DNA of 64,000 nt from an uncultured archaeon (lineage in GTDB: Archaea; Aenigmatarchaeota; Aenigmatarchaeia; CAZXUR01). A program made the position numbers and the translations under genes. The notes below the pieces were generated by a model that saw only the letters and a list, made by a program, of their open reading frames with translations, was not told where the DNA came from and ran no database searches. The DNA lies in the NCBI GenBank assembly GCA_964644245.1, contig CAZXUR010000002.1, forward strand, positions 10,555 to 74,554. Reading direction: 5' to 3'. Below are positions 28,508-36,438 of this stretch, in pieces (position 1 is the stretch's first letter; every line of letters begins with the position of its first letter).

Positions 28508-29661
28508 TCTACCGCCTTACTATAAGCCTTTTTTATTTTCTGAGCAGACGAATTCCAAGTAAATTCCTTCAATACTTTCCTCCTGCCTGCCTTGCCCATT
28601 TTCTTCCTCAGTTTCTTGTCCTCCAACAACTTGCCTATCTTGGCCCTCATCTCTTCCACGTCCTTCTCTTCCACCAAGTACCCGGTCTTGCCGTCTTTTA
28701 TGACGTCAATTATCCCCCCGACCTTGGAACCGACCACTGGAACGCCACAGGCCTGTGCCTCGACTAGGACCACCCCCTGTGTCTCTGTCTCTCCCTTTGA
28801 ATCTACTATAGAAGGTAGGACAAACAGATCTGCGTCTTTCATGTAATTGGGCATGATCTCGTTGGGCACTGAATTGACAAAAACAATCCTCTCTTCGATG
28901 TTCAAATCCTTTGCCTTTCTCTCCAACATTTCCCTGTCCTCACCCCTGCCTATGATGACCAGTGAACAGTCCAAGTCCTCCACCGCTTCCAACAAGTAAA
29001 CGAATCCCTTCTTCTCCACCAGTCTTCCCACTGACAGCACCATATTTCCCTTAAGACCCAGTTCCTTCCTCATCTTTCCCTTGACATTGGGCCTGAATCT
29101 TTTCTCGTCGACGCCCAGTGGTATCACCTGGTTCTTCACGTCTGCGATTTGCAAGGACTGGTCCCGGACGTAAGAACTTATGAATATCACGTAGTTTGCG
29201 TTCTCTAGGACTGCTCTGTTAAGCCTCTGACTTATGGGGTTCTCCCAAACCGAACGATAGACAGTCAAGACGTAGGGTTTTCCGGTAAGTTTTTTTATCA
29301 ACATAGCAACAAAACCAGCCACCACCCAATGTGCGTGCAACATGTCCTTCCCTCTGGAAACAGACCAGGCCTTCAGAAAGAAGAACAGCATAAAGAACGG
29401 AAACACTGCTCTAGCCGACCAGTGCCTTAAATTGTTTGCCAGTCCGCTTCCATAAGCCACGTTCTGGAAGGGTTTGAAGAAGTATGAAAACCTCTCCACT
29501 CTTGCTCCTCCCAAGGCCTCGTTCTTCTTTGTCTTCTCGTCCATGGGTGCGAGCACGGTTATTTCATGCCCAGATAGGTGCCTGACCTGTTCGTAGACAA
29601 AATGACTGGAAGGGTCTCCTTCAAATCTGGGAAAGGATGTGGTCAAATGACAGATTTTCAT
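28504..29661 (-). CDS. Glycosyltransferase GT4
   Basis: Motif ETQGVVLVEAQACGVPVVGSKVGGIIDVIKDGKTG. Confidence 0.8.
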   Translation of the reverse strand: MKICHLTTSFPRFEGDPSSHFVYEQVRHLSGHEITVLAPMDEKTKKNEALGGARVERFSYFFKPFQNVAYGSGLANNLRHWSARAVFPFFMLFFFLKAWSVSRGKDMLHAHWVVAGFVAMLIKKLTGKPYVLTVYRSVWENPISQRLNRAVLENANYVIFISSYVRDQSLQIADVKNQVIPLGVDEKRFRPNVKGKMRKELGLKGNMVLSVGRLVEKKGFVYLLEAVEDLDCSLVIIGRGEDREMLERKAKDLNIEERIVFVNSVPNEIMPNYMKDADLFVLPSIVDSKGETETQGVVLVEAQACGVPVVGSKVGGIIDVIKDGKTGYLVEEKDVEEMRAKIGKLLEDKKLRKKMGKAGRRKVLKEFTWNSSAQKIKKAYSKAVE

Positions 29662-29691
29662 AAAAACAGATTGGGAGAAGGATTTATAAGT

Positions 29692-30756
29692 CTATCCAGA
29701 AATGGTCTTCCAAGCCAGTTTGAGCATGTCTTTCTTGGGCATCTCCATCATCTGGGTGGCGATGAAGTCCATATCCAGGTCCTCGACCTCAAGGTTTTTC
29801 ACCAGTGCGTCTATCTGGTCGTTGTCTAGACGTTGGTAGGCACGGCGTATCCACAGTCCTTTTGATATTTCATCACCCAGAACCTCCTTCCACTTCTCCT
29901 CGTAACCGCTCAAGTCATAGTCTTCGGTCTTCAGGGCGTTTGAAATGACATCGGCTGCGATTTTACAGGCAGTGCTGGAGTAGAGCAGTCCTCCTCCGGT
30001 TATGGGTTTCACCTGACCACAGGCATCCCCGACAAGAAGCCCCCGCTTGAAGTGAGACTTGGTAGTGCCTACGGGTATTACTCCTCCGTACTCTGACATC
30101 ACTTCTGCGTCCCTGCCCCTCATGAAACGCTGGTAGTATAGACTGGGGTTGTCTGTGGTGGCCAGTCCGTACTCAACTTTTATGCTCCTGGGTATCTTCC
30201 AGGCAAAAAAGTCCGGAGAGAATAACTTGTTGAAATATATGTTGAAGCAACGCGAACGGGTCCTTTCCTTGACATAGGCGAACCTTCCGTAATACATCTT
30301 GTCGGGCACGCCCAGTCCCAATTGAGTCCTGACCAGAGAACCGGGGCCATCCGCACCAACCAGTATCTTTGCCTTGTAACTGTCTTTTCCGGTCTTGACA
30401 GAAACACGGCTGTCAACGTCCACCGACTTGACGCGCTCCCTGACTATGGCACAGCTCTCGCTGGCTTTTTTGTCCAGATGACTGTCCAGCTTCACCCGGT
30501 CCAAGACAAGTGCGTTGAAATTCACGTCCAGACTGTGACCACTGGGAGAGATTATCTTGGCAGAACTGATTTTCCTTTCTATAATGCTCTTGGGTACTTC
30601 CAACTGGTTCAAGAATTTCTTGGACACCACACCGGAGCATTGGAGAATGGGCTTCTTGTGCTCTTCCAGGATGAGAACGTCCAAACCTGCTCTTCCCAGC
30701 ATGTCTCCCAGATAAAGCCCTGAGAAACTGCCCCCGACTATCGCAACGTCATGCAT
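29692..30756 (-). CDS. Geranylgeranyl-reductase-family FAD-dependent oxidoreductase
   Basis: FAD-binding fold DVAIVGGSFSGLYLG, plus LVGADGPGSLVR. I prefer the ATG at 30756. Confidence 0.75.
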   Translation of the reverse strand: MHDVAIVGGSFSGLYLGDMLGRAGLDVLILEEHKKPILQCSGVVSKKFLNQLEVPKSIIERKISSAKIISPSGHSLDVNFNALVLDRVKLDSHLDKKASESCAIVRERVKSVDVDSRVSVKTGKDSYKAKILVGADGPGSLVRTQLGLGVPDKMYYGRFAYVKERTRSRCFNIYFNKLFSPDFFAWKIPRSIKVEYGLATTDNPSLYYQRFMRGRDAEVMSEYGGVIPVGTTKSHFKRGLLVGDACGQVKPITGGGLLYSSTACKIAADVISNALKTEDYDLSGYEEKWKEVLGDEISKGLWIRRAYQRLDNDQIDALVKNLEVEDLDMDFIATQMMEMPKKDMLKLAWKTISG

Positions 30757-30834
30757 CAAACCACGTGTATTTATTGTCGGGAAGTCTTTTATGATTATCC
30801 CATTTGCTATTTATTTAAGGGTTTCTCATAAATT

Positions 30835-31698
30835 ATGGATATGTTTTTGGACCTGATGGTGAAGAACTCGACCAAAACCATGTTTATTTCCCTAGCTCTT
30901 TTCGTTTTGGCACTTGGTTCACTGGTTGTCATGCAGTTACAGACCGGCAGTTACGTGGGAAGGGGGATAGACCTCACCGGAGGAAGGTTGCTGACCATAG
31001 AGTTCTCAGGAGAGGTGGACCAGACAGAACTGGAGTCATACCTGACTTCTGTCTACGGGGACGTCTCTGTGAGGATTGCCAGCAGTGTGGGTTCAAAAGT
31101 GCTGTTGGTCAGGACCGGACTGGACGCTGACCCGGACGAAGTGCTTGATTCCGTCAGCCAGAGAATCACCGTACTAGAAAGCAACAGCCAAGAGACCGGA
31201 GCTGCACTGGGAGAGGCTTTCTGGTCGCAGACTCAGATAGCCATAGTATTCGCATTCCTGATTATGGCCGTCATAGTCCTTCTCATATTCAGAAAGAAAG
31301 TGCCTTCGGTGGCAGTCATATTCAACTCTACATCAGACTTTGTAATCACATTAGCAGTTATTAACATTCTGGGCATAAAACTCTCAATGGCAGGATTGGC
31401 GGGCATACTTCTGCTCCTTGGTTATTCGGTGGACACCAACATACTCCTGATAACCAGAATCACTAAGTCTTTTGAAGAGTCGTTCGACAGCCGGGCCAGA
31501 TCCGCGATGAAGACCGGTTTGACCATGACCGCGACCACGTTTGGCGCTTTGATATGCCTGTACCTGGTCTCCACCTCCCTGGTACTGAGTGAGGTGGCTT
31601 TGATACTCATCATCGGCCTGCTGATAGACGTATTCAACACATGGACTTTCAACGTCGGTCTTCTGAAGAGATTCATGGGGGATAAAGAATGGACCTAG
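30835..31698 (+). CDS. secF: Protein-export membrane protein SecF
   Basis: 287 aa. IDLTGGRLLTIEF followed by six TM helices. It overlaps the downstream secD. Confidence 0.75.
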   Translation: MDMFLDLMVKNSTKTMFISLALFVLALGSLVVMQLQTGSYVGRGIDLTGGRLLTIEFSGEVDQTELESYLTSVYGDVSVRIASSVGSKVLLVRTGLDADPDEVLDSVSQRITVLESNSQETGAALGEAFWSQTQIAIVFAFLIMAVIVLLIFRKKVPSVAVIFNSTSDFVITLAVINILGIKLSMAGLAGILLLLGYSVDTNILLITRITKSFEESFDSRARSAMKTGLTMTATTFGALICLYLVSTSLVLSEVALILIIGLLIDVFNTWTFNVGLLKRFMGDKEWT

Positions 31699-33356
31699 GA
31701 CTGACGAAAGACTGGAGAATAATACTCTGGATAGCTGTGGTTGTCCTTTCCCTGGTCCTCATAGGGCCTAAGATAAGCACTGACGGCATGGAGATAAGTT
31801 CGGTGGGAAAGAATTCCACGTTCTACGGGAGACTTTCCAGGGGAGACGTGATATACAAGATAGCCACCCCGGACACAGAGACAGTGGACGTGGAATCAGA
31901 GGAGGACCTTCAACCCTTCCAGGACTATCTCGGCTACTTGACGCTCTCCACTTCCAAGGGAGACATGGTAGTCAAGAAGGACCCCGGTGAGACTATAGAA
32001 CTGACGCTCACAGAACCCGGGTCCTCCAACATTCAGTTCGGCCTGGACCTCGAGGGAGGTGTGAGGGTCATAGTGAAGCCCGAAGACAACGCTTCCTCAG
32101 AAGTGCTCAACCAGATAAAAACCACACTTGAGACCAGGATAAACGTTTACGGTTTGAAGGAAGCGCTGATAACCCCGCTCTACGGTGAAGGCGGGTTCGT
32201 ACAGATAGAGATGGCCGGAGGAACTGAAGCAGAACTCATGGAACTACTGGAAAAACAGGGAAAGTTCGAGGCCAAGATACCCATGACTGTGGAATTCTCT
32301 GAGGGAAACGGGGAACTGATGTTAGGCGAGGGGCACACGGTCGAGTACTCTACCTCAGGCAACGGCTCTGTAGTCCTAAAAGGGCAGGAGTACGTGAAAG
32401 GTGACCATCTCTCGATAGAGGACATAGACTTCGAAGTGTGGAACGTGTCCGAGGAACGCGCAGTGATGTCTGCCACGGTGTTCACTGGGAAGGACATCAT
32501 ACGAGTGCACTTCGACCCCAAAAATTCCTATCTCCGGAGACTGGAAAAAGGATACGAGTTCGGATTCGGGGTGGTGTTATCTTCCGAGGGAGCAGAGAGA
32601 TTCGCCACCGTAACCAAGGAAATCCCTCTGTCCATCGACTCCAGCGGAAAGGAGATATTGGAATCGAAAGTATATTTCTATATGGACGACAATCTGATGG
32701 ACGCCCTCCAGGTGTCAGGAACTCTCAAAGGAAAACCATACACCACACCCATGATAACCGGAGGGGGAGAGACCAAGGAAGAAGCCCTCCAGTCAAAGCG
32801 TGAACTCCAGTCCATACTACGTTCTGGTTCCCTGCCCACAGAGATAGAAATAGTAAAGTCGGAGAAAGTCTCGCCAAAACTGGGCTCAGACTTCCTTTCC
32901 AACGCGATGTTCGCCGGTCTGTTGGCGATAATCGCTGTTTCAGTCATCGTGTTCGTCAGATATAGGAAGCTCAAATTCGTGCTGCCCATGTCCATAGTCT
33001 CGGCCTCGGAAGTCGTGATAATAATGGGGGCCGCGTCACTCATCAACTGGACCATAGACCTGGCAGCCATAGCAGGAATCATAGCAGCGGTGGGTACTTC
33101 CCTGGACTCCCAGATAATAATAATAGACGAGACCCTGAAGGAGGAGAGTGTGGAGGTCTCGCTGAAGGCAAAGATGAAACGTGCGTTCTTCACCATATTC
33201 GGTGCTGCGGGGACCACCATAGGTGCGATGCTGCCCCTGATGGTGCTCGGCTTCGGTATGCTGAGGGGATTCGCAATAACCACTTCCATCGGGGTGCTGG
33301 CTGGTATATTCATAACCAGGCCTGCGTTCGGTAAGATCGTAGAAAGAGTAGTTTAA
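31689..33356 (+). CDS. secD: Protein-export membrane protein SecD
   Basis: 555 aa. One N-terminal TM helix, a large external domain with GLDLEGGVRVIV, and a C-terminal TM bundle. Confidence 0.75.
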   Translation: MDLGLTKDWRIILWIAVVVLSLVLIGPKISTDGMEISSVGKNSTFYGRLSRGDVIYKIATPDTETVDVESEEDLQPFQDYLGYLTLSTSKGDMVVKKDPGETIELTLTEPGSSNIQFGLDLEGGVRVIVKPEDNASSEVLNQIKTTLETRINVYGLKEALITPLYGEGGFVQIEMAGGTEAELMELLEKQGKFEAKIPMTVEFSEGNGELMLGEGHTVEYSTSGNGSVVLKGQEYVKGDHLSIEDIDFEVWNVSEERAVMSATVFTGKDIIRVHFDPKNSYLRRLEKGYEFGFGVVLSSEGAERFATVTKEIPLSIDSSGKEILESKVYFYMDDNLMDALQVSGTLKGKPYTTPMITGGGETKEEALQSKRELQSILRSGSLPTEIEIVKSEKVSPKLGSDFLSNAMFAGLLAIIAVSVIVFVRYRKLKFVLPMSIVSASEVVIIMGAASLINWTIDLAAIAGIIAAVGTSLDSQIIIIDETLKEESVEVSLKAKMKRAFFTIFGAAGTTIGAMLPLMVLGFGMLRGFAITTSIGVLAGIFITRPAFGKIVERVV

Positions 33357-33946
33357 CAGGAAAACTCAGTGCCTTTCTCAGAGGAGCACGACACCCAGCC
33401 GTCCACCACTTGGTAGTACTTTACCTCTGGGTTGGCGTTCTGTTGCAGGCAGCAGACAGTCTGTACGTAGGACTTGACCAGGTTCTCCCTCTCTGATTCC
33501 ATTTCCTCTATTTGGTTCTCCAGTTTGGTCTTCTCCACTTCCATGGCAGACATGTTTCCCACCTGTTCCTCCAGGCTCTGTTTGTACTTCCTGCAAGTGT
33601 TCAGGTCAATCCGGCAAGTCTCTTCGCTGTCCCTACACTCTTCCAGGCCAGACACGCACTGGTCGTACTCTCCAGACAACTCGGAGTGACTTACCTGAAG
33701 TTTGGAGAGCTCCGCTGAAGTTTCGTTCAATTCGTAAGTAAGGTTGCTGGTCATGGTCAGGTAGCCGGTGATGCCAGTGGTGGCTACGTAGAGTATGGCT
33801 ACCGCCCAGACCCCGGCTATCAGGAGCACGCCCCTGTCTCTGAGAGGCTTGGGTAAGTTCAGTTTGTTCAGAAGTCTCGTGACCCTTTCTTTCAGAGAAG
33901 CAGCCGGTTTTTCCTGTGGCTGATACTGGTAGTTAAAATCTGCCAT
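33353..33946 (-). CDS. Membrane-anchored coiled-coil protein, unknown function
   Basis: 197 aa. One TM helix (VLLIAGVWAVAILYVATTGITG) followed by heptad-like E/L/Q-rich sequence and several Cys residues. Confidence 0.45.
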   Translation of the reverse strand: MADFNYQYQPQEKPAASLKERVTRLLNKLNLPKPLRDRGVLLIAGVWAVAILYVATTGITGYLTMTSNLTYELNETSAELSKLQVSHSELSGEYDQCVSGLEECRDSEETCRIDLNTCRKYKQSLEEQVGNMSAMEVEKTKLENQIEEMESERENLVKSYVQTVCCLQQNANPEVKYYQVVDGWVSCSSEKGTEFSC

Positions 33947-33983
33947 AAAATTACTTGTTGCACTGACTTAAATAATTTGTTTA

Positions 33984-34075
33984 TAGCCCCGAACGGATTC
34001 GAACCGTTGTCTTAAGGTCCAGGGCCTTTTACACAGTCTCGCGACTTAAATGCTTGACCACTACACTACGGGGCT
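33984..34075 (-). tRNA. tRNA, probably tRNA-Gln(CUG), with a 19-nt non-canonical intron (34026-34044)
   Basis: Reverse complement: AGCCCCG TA GTGT AGTGGTCAA GCAT T TAAG [TCGCGAGACTGTGTAAAAG] G CCCTGGA CCTTA AGAC AACGG TTCGAAT CCGTT CGGGGCT A. The acceptor, D and T arms are clean. The A1:U72 pair is typical of archaeal tRNA-Gln. The isotype depends on my hand-derived splice model. Confidence 0.75.
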
Positions 34076-34100
34076 TCTCCTATGATATGGAAGTGTAAAC

Positions 34101-34113
34101 CTTTAAACTATTT
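34101..34113 (-). promoter_or_regulatory. TATA-like box upstream of the tRNA
   Basis: Minus-strand AAATAGTTTAAAG lies 26-38 nt upstream of the tRNA 5' end. Confidence 0.35.
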
Positions 34114-34129
34114 AACTTAGCCCCAGAAC

Positions 34130-34366
34130 TCATTTCTCCAGTATCTTGGACCCACTCTTGGTGATGACAAAACAAGTAGAACCTATGGGGTTCAAGCAAG
34201 ATAAATGGCCTTTCTTGACTAGCGCGTTTGTGGTCGCTTCAACCACAGATTTGGCGTCCTCAGAGCCGTTGTTTCTGAGTTCTTTCACCAACTCCATTTT
34301 TGTCACCAGGTTCCTCTGATTCACTATGCCCAATATTGACATTTCTTTCTTGCTCAAAGATGACAT
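34130..34366 (-). CDS. Small (78 aa) winged-helix-like DNA-binding protein candidate
   Basis: MSILGIVNQRNLVTKMELVKEL...VVEATTNALVKKGHL has a helix-turn-helix-like pattern. No family was recognised. Confidence 0.4.
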   Translation of the reverse strand: MSSLSKKEMSILGIVNQRNLVTKMELVKELRNNGSEDAKSVVEATTNALVKKGHLSCLNPIGSTCFVITKSGSKILEK

Positions 34367-34445
34367 GGTATCCCTTATCCTTTTAGATTTATAAAACTAA
34401 TCTATAACTATTAAAAGATTTCCCACAAATGTAAGGAGTGATATC

Positions 34446-34865
34446 ATGCCGGTCATAAACATAATGATAAACGAGATGGAGGGCGAGAAGAAGAAGTCTC
34501 CCAAGGGAAACATAAACATACGCTCCACACCTAAAATCAAGAAAGTTTCTGAAAAGAAATTCGACCTGAAGGGAGTGGACAAGGTACTGTCCATAGAGTT
34601 CGAGTTCAAGACTGAATACACCCCCAAGGTCGGTTCCATAGAAATGTCCGGCGAACTGGTGTACGCGGGTGCTGACAACAAAAAAGTCTTGAAGAAATGG
34701 AAGAAGGAGAAGAAACTCGACGAGTCAGTGGGCATGGATATCATAAATTCTATTTTCAGGAGATGCATATTGAAGGCGGTGAACCTTTCGGAAGACCTGC
34801 AGTTACCCCCTCCCATACAGATTCCCAAGTTCACCCCACGTGCTGGCTCCGAATACATAGGATAG
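34446..34865 (+). CDS. Hypothetical lysine-rich protein
   Basis: 139-aa ORF with non-repetitive composition. The longer antisense ORF at 34397-34882 is low-complexity and looks like a shadow. Confidence 0.4.
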   Translation: MPVINIMINEMEGEKKKSPKGNINIRSTPKIKKVSEKKFDLKGVDKVLSIEFEFKTEYTPKVGSIEMSGELVYAGADNKKVLKKWKKEKKLDESVGMDIINSIFRRCILKAVNLSEDLQLPPPIQIPKFTPRAGSEYIG

Positions 34866-34955
34866 TTCTCAAACAGACTCAAATTGCTTATTTGAACGTG
34901 TTTCCTACATTTTCCTCAATACCCCCAGGGGTAGACTGCAAGAAAAAACCGGGAA

Positions 34956-34972
34956 AAATGTGAGACTTAAAC
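34956..34972 (+). repeat. Dispersed intergenic motif AAATGTGAGAnTT (copy 1)
   Basis: AAATGTGAGACTTAAAC, preceded by a C-string (ACCCCCAGGGG) and followed by an AT-rich tract. Confidence 0.5.
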
Positions 34973-35085
34973 CTGTAATTTTTACATATGTTCTTTAGTA
35001 TATATGTTTAAAAACATATTATTAGAAGTATATTATAGTAAGTATTTTTTATTAAATATCCTCTGCTCTATAGTTATTTAATTAT

Positions 35086-35424
35086 TTATTTAATATTCTT
35101 GAACTTCTTCCTGTACCAACTAGCCACCCTTTCCAGGGCCAGGGGAAACTTTGATGAGAGACGTACCGGCTCGAACTTCGCTTTCCGGTCTATGATGCCC
35201 CAGCGTTGCATGTACTCGGCGGTGTCATAGGCCGTGCCCCTCTTCAGCTCGTGTTTGGAGACTATGTCAGACACGGTCTTAGGGCCCCTGATAAGCTCCA
35301 AGAGAATGATCCTGGCACAGTCCCTCATCTTGGTCTTCTTCTGAGGGAAAAGCAGCTGGACGAAGTCATCCAGGTTAAAGTCTCCGATGTGAATCTTCTC
35401 TGATGCGTAAGCGGTTACCTCCAT
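35086..35424 (-). CDS. Small winged-helix transcription-regulator-like protein
   Basis: I prefer the ATG at 35424, which has GGAGG 6 nt upstream. ILLELIRGPKTVSDIVSKHELKRGTAYDTAEYMQRWGIIDR is wHTH-like. Confidence 0.5.
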   Translation of the reverse strand: MEVTAYASEKIHIGDFNLDDFVQLLFPQKKTKMRDCARIILLELIRGPKTVSDIVSKHELKRGTAYDTAEYMQRWGIIDRKAKFEPVRLSSKFPLALERVASWYRKKFKNIK

Positions 35425-35630
35425 TTTCAACCTCCTTTTTTCCACAAAATTTTAGCGATTACCCCTGTACTTTTGCCCGAAAATCCGGTCCACGTTTCTG
35501 AGCTCAATATGGTTTTTACCGACACCGGGCAAAAATGCATGTGTTTTTTGAGTCGCTACTATCGGTTATTAGCATACATATATAAATAAGTAGTAGCACA
35601 TGAAGGTATCCCAGAAAATCGTATCAAAAA

Positions 35631-35667
35631 GTGTGTTTTTGGGGTGAACTGTCGGTAATTACCCGAC
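35631..35667. repeat. Conserved G-string plus hairpin element (copy 1)
   Basis: GTGTGTTTTTGGGGTGAACTGTCGGTAATTACCCGAC. The core GGGG(T)GAACTGTCGGT is shared with 40769-40799. It lies downstream of a minus-strand gene. Confidence 0.5.
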
Positions 35668-35710
35668 TAAGCTCAGGGCGATTTTGCCTTTACCCCTAGG
35701 GGGAAAGGGA

Positions 35711-36061
35711 TCATTTTTTCCCTTTCTTTTTCTTCTTAGAACCAGATTTTTTGGACTTCGGCTTGGTCCCTTTCAAAGGAGTCTTGGAAAACCTCCTCAG
35801 GATTTCTTCCATCTTCTCTGCCAAAGATTCTCCCTTCTGGGTTAGGTTTACGAACTTTACCCGTCCCATCTTGTCGAATTTCACCAGACCTATTTCCTTG
35901 AACTCATTCAGGAGTTTTACTGTATGGGAATATGTGCAGTCGGCTTCCTTGGCCAAAACGCTCACATACTTCTTCTTTTGGGTTTTCAGGGCCACTAGAA
36001 GCTCAACCGGTTTCTTTCTCATGAACAATTTTTCTAAAATTGACTTGGCACTTTTTTTCAT
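35711..36061 (-). CDS. Small winged-helix DNA-binding protein with a poly-Lys tail
   Basis: 116 aa. LVALKTQKKKYVSVLAKEADCTYSHTVKLLNEFKEIGLVKF is ArsR/wHTH-like. C-terminal tail KPKSKKSGSKKKKKGKK. Confidence 0.55.
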   Translation of the reverse strand: MKKSAKSILEKLFMRKKPVELLVALKTQKKKYVSVLAKEADCTYSHTVKLLNEFKEIGLVKFDKMGRVKFVNLTQKGESLAEKMEEILRRFSKTPLKGTKPKSKKSGSKKKKKGKK

Positions 36062-36240
36062 ATTTTCTCTATACTATATATTCAACTTCTCATATAAAAA
36101 GTTTTTAAACGTGGTGGAAATTGAATTGAGAAGTTATTTATTTAATTAATTATATATAGGGTATAAAATATTATAAAAAGTATATTTTATAAAAGGTTTG
36201 TTTAAAACTATATTTTTGATTATATAATAACCCACCCTTC

Positions 36241-36257
36241 AAATGTGAGAGTTAAAC
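36241..36257 (+). repeat. Dispersed intergenic motif AAATGTGAGAnTT (copy 2)
   Basis: AAATGTGAGAGTTAAAC, preceded by CCCACCC. Confidence 0.5.
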
Positions 36258-36371
36258 GCCTGAAATCGGTTAAAAGCGATATTTTAATATATATTTTCTT
36301 ATATATGTTTAATTTATGATATTATATAAAATATATATTCAATTATATAAAAGGTCCCTTTGACTAACCCC

Positions 36372-36388
36372 AAATGTGAGACTTGTTC
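36372..36388 (+). repeat. Dispersed intergenic motif AAATGTGAGAnTT (copy 3)
   Basis: AAATGTGAGACTTGTTC, preceded by AACCCC. Confidence 0.5.
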
Positions 36389-36438
36389 GGCCCAAAAAGC
36401 GCTAAAAGGCTTAAAACCTTTTGTGTGTGATGTATGGT

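Noticed and set aside
35446-35710. Structured RNA gene (SRP RNA, RNase P RNA or C/D box sRNA) in the GC-richer spacer
   Set aside because: Local inverted repeats are present (TTTTGCCCG...CGGGCAAAA and the CCCCTAGGGG palindrome). However, I could not recognise any conserved motif of known RNA families or C/D boxes, so no call is made without a covariance-model search.
34076-36420. Integrated virus or plasmid at the tRNA gene
   Set aside because: No integrase or other mobile-element hallmark gene is present, and I could not find a duplicated tRNA fragment (att site). It is kept only as a low-confidence possibility in the findings.
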